A stretch of DNA of 64,000 nucleotides from a bacterium (GTDB lineage: Bacteria > SAR324 > XYD2-FULL-50-16), in contig JAVVEA010000005.1 in assembly GCA_032250835.1 (NCBI GenBank), positions 32,001 to 96,000 of the forward strand, given 5' to 3'. The position numbers and the translations under genes were made by a program. The notes beneath the pieces are model-generated. The model was given only the letters and a program-made list of their open reading frames with translations, made no database searches and was not told the DNA's origin. Shown here in pieces: positions 20,640 to 29,192 of the stretch; position 1 is the first letter of the stretch, and every line of letters starts with the position of its first letter.

Positions 20640-21515
20640 ATGGAATACAGAGAAGCCAAACCGCCGGAAATGGAACCCCAAAAGAAGCGCGCCCTGTTGC
20701 GAGAAGCGCTTTCCTTCATCCAAGGATTTTCTGGAAGGATTGTGGTGATCAAATATGGCGGTGCGGCGATGGTCCAAGACCAATTTAAAACTAGTTTCGC
20801 TGAAGACGTGGTGCTGTTGCAGTCCTTAGGCTTAAAGCCGGTGATCGTCCACGGCGGCGGCCCCGAAGTCAGCCGAGTGGCCCAAACTCATGGACTTGAA
20901 GCTAAGTTTATCGACGGCCTGAGGATCACCGATCTAGAGCAAATGAAGGTCAGTGAGATGGTCTTAAGCGGTGCCGTCAACAAAGAGATCGTCACCCATC
21001 TGCAAATTGCCGGTGGGCTGGCTGTTGGGCTTTCGGGCAAAGACGGCAAGCTGATCCAGGCCCGCAAATTGGCCCATTCTACCCACGACCTGGGTTATGT
21101 GGGCGAAGTGGATCAGGTCAACCCCGATCTGATCTTCACGCTGATCGACAAAGGGTACATTCCGGTGATCAGCCCCATCGGCATCGGACATGACAACTTA
21201 ACCTACAACATCAACGCCGACACCGCCGCCAGCGCGGTGGCCGCCGCCTTAAAGGCCCAAAAGGTGATTTTCTTAACCGACGTGAAGGGCGTCTTGCACC
21301 AAGACCGCTTGATCAGCAAGCTAAGCGTCTTTGAGACCCGCCAACTGATCGAAGACGGCGTGATCAAAGGCGGCATGAAGCCCAAGGTAGAAGGCATGAT
21401 CGACGCCTTGGCGGCCGGAGTGGTCAGCGCCCATATCATCGGCGGCATGGACCACCATGCCCTTATCGCCGAGTTATTCACCGAACAGGGCATCGGCACC
21501 ATGATCGTAAACTAA
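20640..21515 (+). CDS. argB: Acetylglutamate kinase
   Basis: VIKYGGAAM, IVHGGGP, YNINAD, GGMKPK. Confidence 0.97.
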   Translation: MEYREAKPPEMEPQKKRALLREALSFIQGFSGRIVVIKYGGAAMVQDQFKTSFAEDVVLLQSLGLKPVIVHGGGPEVSRVAQTHGLEAKFIDGLRITDLEQMKVSEMVLSGAVNKEIVTHLQIAGGLAVGLSGKDGKLIQARKLAHSTHDLGYVGEVDQVNPDLIFTLIDKGYIPVISPIGIGHDNLTYNINADTAASAVAAALKAQKVIFLTDVKGVLHQDRLISKLSVFETRQLIEDGVIKGGMKPKVEGMIDALAAGVVSAHIIGGMDHHALIAELFTEQGIGTMIVN

Positions 21516-21722
21516 ACTCCAGGGAAATTCCGGTTGAGCCCTACGCAACACCTCAGCCAAACTACTTGAATTTTCCGGGTCTAATTTCTTGAATAATAGC
21601 TAACAGACAGTTAAGATGAGGGGTACTTTGATTTGTTGTGCCCCATGGCCAAGCCAAAGTCCGGCCCAAGGGGGTTGAGGCGTCTTGGTAGTGCTGGCAC
21701 CTACCTTAATCCCCTTAATCCA

Positions 21723-22256
21723 ATGAAAAAAACCCTATTCACTTGGCTGGCCCTCTGTCTTGCGTTGATTCCCGGTGGCTGCGCCGACGAATCGGTGGGG
21801 GCCACCGGTGCCGATGGAAAAATCAACCTCACCCTTTCATTGGCCAGCGGACTTGCCACGCTGACCCCCACGGGCGATGCGGTCGTGGCCGCTTGGGGTT
21901 GCGTGGTCCTGACCTCGACCCTTACGGGTTGTGTCTATAACTACAACGGTACCATCCAAACCGATGCGACCTTATCTAGCGATGCTGCGGCTGCCGGACC
22001 CGGCACCGGTTCCGGTTACACCTTCGTTACCAACGGTTATACCTTTAGCGGTTACGAGGGCGGCAGCCGGGCCTATGCTTTTTATTACGCCAATACCAGC
22101 GCCTCCGCGACGGCCGTACAAACTTCCGGCACCATTGACCTCGCCGCCAATCCTGGCGATCCGGGCACCAAAGGGGCTGATGGGGCCGATGGGGCCGACA
22201 AAACCTATTTGGTAACCTTCGACGAAACCGGCAGCTACACCAGCAGTTCCAACTAA
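21723..22256 (+). CDS. Gly/Thr-rich putative lipoprotein with a short collagen-like repeat
   Basis: MKK signal with PGGC lipobox-like site; GDP-GTK-GAD-GAD-GAD. Confidence 0.7.
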   Translation: MKKTLFTWLALCLALIPGGCADESVGATGADGKINLTLSLASGLATLTPTGDAVVAAWGCVVLTSTLTGCVYNYNGTIQTDATLSSDAAAAGPGTGSGYTFVTNGYTFSGYEGGSRAYAFYYANTSASATAVQTSGTIDLAANPGDPGTKGADGADGADKTYLVTFDETGSYTSSSN

Positions 22257-23254
22257 GCCGTCTCCCGCAACCAGCCGGGCAGGGGGCAGCCCTGGCAGGT
22301 GGGGCCGTAGTGGTGGCAGAGTTCGTCGTGGAACTGGATTAAGCCCTGATGGTAAGCCAGGTTGCGGCGTAGCGGCAGCTCCTGGCAGGCCAAACGGCGC
22401 TCTAAGGCCTCGGTCTTAAAGTTGGGCCCTTCGGCAGGCATCAACAAAAACAGCCCGAAGAGGGTCTTTTCTAAGGCCCGATCCTTCGAAAACAACGCCC
22501 AAGACAAAAAGAAGGGCATCAATCCGTTGATCAAGACCACCCGCTGGCGACTGGGTCCGATCAAGCGCTGGGCGTGTTTTAGGGTCTTAGAACTGGTCGG
22601 TGAAGCCAGCCAAGCTAAGGGTTCGTCGGGCGGCTGGGCAAACCGTTCGTCTAGGGCCTTGAGTAAGTTCGGTAAGGCCTTGGGCCCCTTTAAGAGCCCT
22701 TGGGCTTGATAAAAAAAGCGTAGCCAATATTTCACCAGACTTTCTCCACCCAACCCTTCTAGGTGGTGCGCCAAGCCCGTCAGTCGACGCAGCGGATGGT
22801 TGCTGGGGCGTCCTTTAAGCTTAAGCTGAACCAACACCTCGCCTTTAAAGGAGGCTTGGTAACTCCGGTAGATGGGGCGGTAAGCCTCATGCATCCCCTC
22901 AGTCTCGCTGCCCAACAACCCCAGCTCACCAAGCCAATCGGCCAACAGCCGCAGCCGCCCTTGGGGCTTTTTCAACCGTTCCATTGATTCCCGGTAGGAA
23001 TAGCGGCTGGCCAGAGACTCAAAGGGTTCAGCGAAATGGGAGTAACCTAGGGAACGGAGCAGCAGCGCGAAAAGGCGTTGCTCCTGAGCGGCCAATCCGG
23101 CGGACCAATCAAGGCCCAAACGCCTTGCCTTTTGGATTTGGCGCTGTTCAGAAGCCTGAAAAATCAGGTTGGATAGCCGCGTAGTGCGGCCTAGCGCCAG
23201 GGCTCCACCGCAACAAGATGGCTCCTTGAATTTTCCGGCATCTTCCTTTAACAT
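22253..23254 (-). CDS. DUF2851-like protein (start uncertain)
   Basis: RPSNHPLRRL, LINGLMP, QGLIQF and terminal Cys cluster C...CxxC. Confidence 0.6.
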   Translation of the reverse strand: MLKEDAGKFKEPSCCGGALALGRTTRLSNLIFQASEQRQIQKARRLGLDWSAGLAAQEQRLFALLLRSLGYSHFAEPFESLASRYSYRESMERLKKPQGRLRLLADWLGELGLLGSETEGMHEAYRPIYRSYQASFKGEVLVQLKLKGRPSNHPLRRLTGLAHHLEGLGGESLVKYWLRFFYQAQGLLKGPKALPNLLKALDERFAQPPDEPLAWLASPTSSKTLKHAQRLIGPSRQRVVLINGLMPFFLSWALFSKDRALEKTLFGLFLLMPAEGPNFKTEALERRLACQELPLRRNLAYHQGLIQFHDELCHHYGPTCQGCPLPGWLRETA

Positions 23255-23284
23255 CTTGCGGACAACCTCTTTTATCGCGGTGCC

Positions 23285-24166
23285 ATGCTAGACGACCAAA
23301 TTACCCTGCTGGTGATTCCACAGAAAGACGGCCATGTCTTTCGGCTGAACCTTTCGTCGTTCTTAATCAAGAGCATGATAACCGGAGCGCTGATCTTGAC
23401 TCTGGCTTCACTGGCCATATTCATAGACTATCTATTCATCATCGAAAAGGGCCAAGCCCAGCGATTGTTGGCAAAGGAACTAAAACTCCAACAGTTTCGC
23501 ATCCAGTCGATCCACAACCGCTTAGATGACACGACCCAACAGCTCGTTAAGTTTGAGGAGTTCGACCGCAAACTACGCATCATCAGCGACCTGCAGGACA
23601 CCCGCCCAGCGGTACGCTTTGCGGCCCACGAAGAAAACCTTAGCGAAGAAGAACAGCAAGACCCCAGCAACCAGATTCTTAGCCAGCTCAACCGGCTGAG
23701 TTACGACATCAAGGTACGCGAAGCCAGCTTCTTTCAGTTAGACGCCTTCTTAAAAGAACGTAAAGACCGCTTGGCGCGAACCCCTTCCATCGCCCCGGCT
23801 CAAGGCCACCTATCTTCCAGCTTCGGGCCCCGGTCAGACCCCTTTACGGGAAAAACCAAATACCACAATGGCCTAGACTTTTCCAACGGTCCCTTCACAC
23901 CAATCTACGCGCCTGCCGACGGCGTGGTGGTCAACACCTTCCACAACGGCGGTTATGGCGAGTTTCTGGTGATCGACCATGGCTACAACATCGTCAGTCG
24001 CTATGGTCACCTCGCTAAATATGAAGTCTCGGTAGGCCAGCGGGTCAAACGCGGCGACCTGATCGCGCGGATGGGTAACACCGGGCGCAGCACGGCAACC
24101 CACCTGCATTACGAGGTCCTGGTCCGGGACCAGCATGTGGACCCGGAGAAATACATCCTCGAATGA
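23285..24166 (+). CDS. M23 family metallopeptidase
   Basis: N-terminal TM, coiled coil, HNGLDF, YGHL, GRSTATHLHYEV. Confidence 0.95.
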   Translation: MLDDQITLLVIPQKDGHVFRLNLSSFLIKSMITGALILTLASLAIFIDYLFIIEKGQAQRLLAKELKLQQFRIQSIHNRLDDTTQQLVKFEEFDRKLRIISDLQDTRPAVRFAAHEENLSEEEQQDPSNQILSQLNRLSYDIKVREASFFQLDAFLKERKDRLARTPSIAPAQGHLSSSFGPRSDPFTGKTKYHNGLDFSNGPFTPIYAPADGVVVNTFHNGGYGEFLVIDHGYNIVSRYGHLAKYEVSVGQRVKRGDLIARMGNTGRSTATHLHYEVLVRDQHVDPEKYILE

Positions 24167-25542
24167 CCTTAAAAGGCGGCCTGCTTTGGATTTTTTGCCT
24201 ATTTTTTTTGGTTGCCCCTTTGCTGGCGGCACCAGAAAAGCCCGTTTCGGCGATCCCCGAGGCCCAAGCCCTCTTCAAAGAAGCCACCGCCGCCCTGGTC
24301 AAACACCGCCCCGACCTTGCCCTACCACTTTTTAAGCAAGCTTTAAAGCTCGACCCGAAGAATCCAAAATTTTACTGGGAAATGGGCTGGGCCTATTGGC
24401 AGCAGTCCGACTGGGAAAGGGTTTTAGAGCGCTGGGAATGGGCCCAAAAGTATGGTTTTAACGGGTCTGAATTGCCCCGCTTCCGCAAACTGGCCCGCCA
24501 GTATTTAGCCTGGGAGCAGGGAGCCCAAAAGCGCCAAGTAGACCAACCTCCGCTACCGGCTTCCGCGCCCGGCGAGTTGGTTTTGACCGCCGTTGGGGAT
24601 ATGATGTTAGGTAGCGACTACGGCCCGGAGCCCAAACTACCACCCGACGAGGGTAAAGCCCTCTTTGCCGAGGTGCGCTACTTGCTCGACGGCGATTTGG
24701 TGGTAGGCAATCTCGAAGCGCCGATAACGACGGTGGCCACCTCAGACAAATGCAGCCAACTTTCGAAGTGTTACCTATTCCGTACCCCCTTGGCCTTTGC
24801 GGCAAGGCTCAAAGAGGCGGGGTTTGATCTGCTCAACTTGGCCAACAACCACATCAGCGATTTCGGCCTCCAGGGCATGAAAGACACCATGGCCGCCCTA
24901 GAAAGCGCCCAGTTACAGCACTACGGCCTTCGAGCACGCCCATCGGCGGATTTTAAAGTGGGGGATATTAGGATCACCTTCATCGGCGCTTCAACCACCG
25001 GCTGTTGCCAGCATATGAGCGACTTAGAGGGGTTGAGCGAAAAGGTCAAAAAGGCCAAGCAAACAGCCGACTTGGTAGTGGTCACCTTCCACGGAGGGGC
25101 CGAAGGGTTAGAGGCCGCTCACGTTCCGCTGGGTGAAGAACTGTACCTAGGCGAGCCTAGGGGAGACGTACGCCGTTTTGCCCACCGCATGATCGACGCC
25201 GGTGCGGACTTGGTTTTGGGCCATGGGCCCCATAGCATCCGGGGAATGGAGCTATACCGGGGCAAGGCGATAGCCTATAGTCTGGGGAATTTTGTGGGGT
25301 ACCTGGGATTTTCCAGTTCCGGCCACTTGAAATATTCGATGATTCTGAAAGTCCGACTGAACGCGGCAGGGGAGCTGTTGGGCCTTAGGGTCGTGCCGAT
25401 CCTACTCAGCCCCAAGGTGTTGCCCCAATTTGATCCACAGGGGCATAGCCTAGCTTTGCTTAATGATCTAAGTCGTCAGGACTTCGGCGAAAGGGCCATC
25501 CTCTTGGACCCCAAGGGCGACTGGCAGCCAAACCCACCTTAG
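24163..25542 (+). CDS. CapA/PgsA-family metallophosphatase with N-terminal TPR
   Basis: AVGDMM, GNLE, LANNH, FHGG, GHGPH, YSLGNF; TPR-like segment after signal peptide. Confidence 0.9.
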   Translation: MTLKGGLLWIFCLFFLVAPLLAAPEKPVSAIPEAQALFKEATAALVKHRPDLALPLFKQALKLDPKNPKFYWEMGWAYWQQSDWERVLERWEWAQKYGFNGSELPRFRKLARQYLAWEQGAQKRQVDQPPLPASAPGELVLTAVGDMMLGSDYGPEPKLPPDEGKALFAEVRYLLDGDLVVGNLEAPITTVATSDKCSQLSKCYLFRTPLAFAARLKEAGFDLLNLANNHISDFGLQGMKDTMAALESAQLQHYGLRARPSADFKVGDIRITFIGASTTGCCQHMSDLEGLSEKVKKAKQTADLVVVTFHGGAEGLEAAHVPLGEELYLGEPRGDVRRFAHRMIDAGADLVLGHGPHSIRGMELYRGKAIAYSLGNFVGYLGFSSSGHLKYSMILKVRLNAAGELLGLRVVPILLSPKVLPQFDPQGHSLALLNDLSRQDFGERAILLDPKGDWQPNPP

Positions 25543-26083
25543 TCGCTGGTCTGGGGCCCTCTAGGGCTTTGGGCGCTCACCCTCGGTTTTGATGGTAAAG
25601 CCTTTTTGGCCTTTGCGCCGGATGCCGATTACCACCAAATGTTTGTCTTTGCTCGGGGACATATAAACTCCTGGGTTGCGCTTTAAGCGCGTTTGGGGAA
25701 CTGCTCCCTTAGATAGTCCTTCTTCAAATAGCGGACCAACCGAGTATTCCGAGGATAAATGCAACATTCGTTCACTTTATTCCACAAAAGTGAACTTTTG
25801 TGCAAGTATTTTTTAAGAACAAATATTCACCTTACGTGAACCGGCTCGCCCAAATGGTCGAAGTAAGCACCAAAAAAGGTCCTCTCTCCTTATCGGCAGG
25901 GGCGCAGAAAACTTTAGGGAAATTAAAAAAAAACGGCAGGATGACCGGGACGACCTAGAGAACTCAGTCCCCAGGCCAATCGCCCAAAGGACAGGGGAGG
26001 GAACCAGGGCGAAAAATAGGGAGGCTAGGGCCCCGGAAGCCCGCGACCATCTGGACGAGCCAACGGATTGGCCGACGGGGACT

Positions 26084-28228
26084 TTAAAAGAAGCGGGACC
26101 AATTAGACCCAAGCGCTGAGAAATGGCGGCCTAAGTACAGCGGTAGGGTTTTTAGATCCAATAGTTCGTCGAGCCGCTGCCGGTCAATTTCGCGGTCCAG
26201 CAAAAGAACCACCGGCCATTCGGCCAGCACCTCGCTTTGGCGGAGCAGGCGGAGCAGGCTCACCGCGACGTTCACTTCTTGATCGATCACCAGTAAATCG
26301 CCCTCTAGGGGTTTTAATTCTTCAAGGACCTGATTCAAGAAGCGGGCAACACGCAGGCCATTTTCCTTGGCCAAAGCCTCGGTGGCCACTTCGTCATCCA
26401 TATGCCCTTCAAGACGTTCGAGCAATTCGGGGCGAGCCACAAAGCCCGAAATTTCCATGGGCTTAAGCAACCCAGAAATACGCTGGAAGCTGCGGGCGTC
26501 ACGAGCCAGCAACACAACCTCACGCTCTTTGGGCTCGAAATTTTTCCGGACCCGGGCCTTGGCGGTCTCATCTAGCCGTTCTTCAACCTTCGGCAGCCAG
26601 TCTTTAAAGAGCGGCAGGCTGCGGACCCAGGCTTCCAAACAAGCCAAGGTCTCAAAGGACCATTGGAGCTGCTCGCGCTCGCTACCTAGTTCTTGCCCCG
26701 TTAAATCGCTCTGCATGCCCACTTGCCGTTTCGTTTCTTCGGCAATGCGGTCCAACTTTTTGAGCAAATAATCGCGGCTCTTGTCGGTTACCAAGACATG
26801 CCCGTGCTTTAAAAAGGGCACCAAATGGTCGGTCTTATAGGTGAGCAACGACTTCAGGTTGGTGAAGCCGCCGATATCAAAAAACAAATTTTTCCCGCTG
26901 CCTTGCAGGTGGCGGCTGATCTGCCGGGCCAGGGCCTCGTCTTCATAAAAAACCAAACAATCCTGGCCCAGCTTGAGGATCATTTCATCTGAGTTGGGCT
27001 CATAAATTTCGGCCCGATTCATCAACTGACCCAATAGCTCCAACTTGCGCCGGGCCATCACCTTAATATCCTCTTCTTGGGCCTTGAGTAGCTTGGCCCC
27101 TTCATAGGCTTTTTGGCGTTCGGTCAGTCGCTCTTTACGCCGAAAGAGCCCCTCGCGACTCCTAGCAATATCAGCCAACGTCATTTCCGTTGCGGGGGGC
27201 AGGTCCAACTCTAAGGCTTGGTCCTTGAGGTCTTCAAAAAAGGGCAGAGCCCAAAGCTCGGGAGGCCAGTTAAAATCGGCGGCACCCTGACTTAGGTCCA
27301 ACTCCAACGTCCCAACCTGGGGCTGGGTTAAGAACCCGGCTTGGTTTAGATGGTACTGCGCGAATAGGGCCAGGGCTTGATGGTCACAGCGAACCGCCAA
27401 GGGGATGCGGGCCTTGAGCCAAGCATGGTCCGACCAGCGTTGTTGGGCCCAATGGAAATGCCCCAACTCTCGGATCAAGTCGTAAAGCTTCAAGCCGAAG
27501 ACTTCGGCATTTTCGCTGTCCGGGTTTTGAGCGGCCATCAAATGCTCGATCCGGCAGCCGCCGGTTTCGAAGTAGTCTAGCTCGCGCAAATGGAAGCGGC
27601 GTTTAAGGTAGAGATCACCGCCAAAAACAAAAAAGCTCTGTGAAGCAGGAACGGGGAACTCACCTTCTTTGAGGTAGGCCATCAGCTCAAAAAACTCGCC
27701 CGGCTCAAAGGTCCGGCCCTTCCAATTAAACCCTTCGAAGGCTTCTAAAGGTAAGTTGCCCATCGCCCGCAAGGCTCCTTGCGCGGTCAGGCTCCAGGTC
27801 GGGGCTGGGTCGATCGGTTGGTAGTCTTCAGGGCCCTCGTCGGCCAAGCAGAGTTGTTCTTGTTGATCTAATTTGAAGCAAGGTAGTCCCTTGAAGGCAA
27901 AATCCTGGGCCTGTTCGATCCGGTAGCTGAGATAGCCCGGAAGGTCGTCGAGCATCAAAAACACCCGGGGGCGCGAGCGCTCGTTTAGCCCAGCCAGCAT
28001 CACCAAAAAGGACTCGATCAACTTCCCCCGTTCGGCTCCGCCGCGGTCCCTGAGCAAGATAATCTGGGGTCGGTACTCTACGACCGCCGCAAACCATTGC
28101 TCGGGGCTGTCGCTACGGATCACCTCCCGATCCGGCGCAACGGGGCCGGTGGGGAGCGCAGCGAGCAGCGGCTCTAAAGAGGCTTCGATTTCAGGGCCCA
28201 GGCCCAGCAGGCAAAACGGCTGGCTCAA
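26084..28228 (-). CDS. Hypothetical 714 aa protein with receiver-like termini and central coiled coil
   Basis: Long ORF with TTG start; YRPQIILL and DLLVIDQ...LLRLLRQ...PVVLL segments. Confidence 0.7.
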   Translation of the reverse strand: MSQPFCLLGLGPEIEASLEPLLAALPTGPVAPDREVIRSDSPEQWFAAVVEYRPQIILLRDRGGAERGKLIESFLVMLAGLNERSRPRVFLMLDDLPGYLSYRIEQAQDFAFKGLPCFKLDQQEQLCLADEGPEDYQPIDPAPTWSLTAQGALRAMGNLPLEAFEGFNWKGRTFEPGEFFELMAYLKEGEFPVPASQSFFVFGGDLYLKRRFHLRELDYFETGGCRIEHLMAAQNPDSENAEVFGLKLYDLIRELGHFHWAQQRWSDHAWLKARIPLAVRCDHQALALFAQYHLNQAGFLTQPQVGTLELDLSQGAADFNWPPELWALPFFEDLKDQALELDLPPATEMTLADIARSREGLFRRKERLTERQKAYEGAKLLKAQEEDIKVMARRKLELLGQLMNRAEIYEPNSDEMILKLGQDCLVFYEDEALARQISRHLQGSGKNLFFDIGGFTNLKSLLTYKTDHLVPFLKHGHVLVTDKSRDYLLKKLDRIAEETKRQVGMQSDLTGQELGSEREQLQWSFETLACLEAWVRSLPLFKDWLPKVEERLDETAKARVRKNFEPKEREVVLLARDARSFQRISGLLKPMEISGFVARPELLERLEGHMDDEVATEALAKENGLRVARFLNQVLEELKPLEGDLLVIDQEVNVAVSLLRLLRQSEVLAEWPVVLLLDREIDRQRLDELLDLKTLPLYLGRHFSALGSNWSRFF

Positions 28229-28319
28229 TGTGATTTAGCGAACGAGGTTGTTGCGGATTTGCTCGAATCATAGAATATTCCTCCTCTGCCTTCAAGCCGT
28301 TAATCGGCCCGAGGCCAAA

Positions 28320-28367
28320 TGAAGATGAACATTTTTTCATCCAAACTACCGCTTAAGTTCATCTTCA
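28320..28367. promoter_or_regulatory. 11 bp perfect inverted repeat upstream of the cytochrome gene
   Basis: TGAAGATGAAC-N26-GTTCATCTTCA in a divergent intergenic region. Confidence 0.45.
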
Positions 28368-28415
28368 AACCTTAATTTGCGCCGACACCAAACTTAACAC
28401 TCTAATGTTGGCTTT

Positions 28416-29093
28416 ATGAAAACTAACATCTTTGTCCTGATCGGTCTGTTGCTAGCCGCTCTGATGTTCAGTTCCTGTAAGGAAGGGATCACTTCACACA
28501 ACATCGACTTGGACGGTGTTGAACATGGCAAGAAGCTTTATCAGGGAGCCAAGGACTGCACCGCTTGCCACGGTATCGCCTTAAAAGGCAATGGCTGGAT
28601 TCCAGGTTGTTACGACTGCCATGGGGTGATGTGGAACAAAGACGACCACCTCAAAGAACGCGGCGGTGTGATGCACAAACGAGGCTTTCAGGCGACTGAG
28701 AACTGTGGTTCTTGCCATGGTGGGGACGCCTTAACGGGAAAGCGTAGCCGGCCCAGTTGTTTTTCCTGCCACGGCGACAACTGGAGCGATTTGGCCTTCC
28801 ATAACGTAACCAAGAGCGGCATCCAGCACGGAACTAACTTGTTCGAGCCCAGCAAATACTGCGCTGGCTGCCACGGCTCGGCCCTAGACGGCGAGGGCAA
28901 CGCCCCCGGTTGTTATAGCTGCCACTACGACAAATGGAGCGCCAAAGTACCGCATACCACCATGCTCTACGGCTATGGCCACGCCGAGGCCTACAATAGC
29001 CCGCAAAACAACTGTAGCGAATGCCACGGCTCAGACCTGCGCGGCTCTAAGGCGGCACCTAGCTGCTATAGCTGCCACGGCCAAAAGTGGTAA
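28416..29093 (+). CDS. Octaheme c-type cytochrome lipoprotein
   Basis: Eight CxxCH motifs (CTACH, CYDCH, CGSCH, CFSCH, CAGCH, CYSCH, CSECH, CYSCH); lipobox MFSSC. Confidence 0.93.
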   Translation: MKTNIFVLIGLLLAALMFSSCKEGITSHNIDLDGVEHGKKLYQGAKDCTACHGIALKGNGWIPGCYDCHGVMWNKDDHLKERGGVMHKRGFQATENCGSCHGGDALTGKRSRPSCFSCHGDNWSDLAFHNVTKSGIQHGTNLFEPSKYCAGCHGSALDGEGNAPGCYSCHYDKWSAKVPHTTMLYGYGHAEAYNSPQNNCSECHGSDLRGSKAAPSCYSCHGQKW

Positions 29094-29106
29094 AGTTTGG
29101 TTGCTA

Positions 29107-29138
29107 AAGGTCGGCCCCAAGAGATTGGGGTCGGCCTT
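29107..29138 (+). terminator. Stem-loop after the cytochrome gene (terminator or mRNA stabiliser)
   Basis: 14 bp stem AAGGTCGGCCCCAA/TTGGGGTCGGCCTT (2 G-U) with GAGA loop; no long U-tract. Confidence 0.6.
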
Positions 29139-29192
29139 GATCGCCCTTGGCTAAGTAGGCTATACTGCTGGTGAACCACTTCGGGTAGTACC

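Noticed and set aside
25776-25786. DnaA box / oriC
   Set aside because: TTATTCCACA is not the consensus and there is no box cluster
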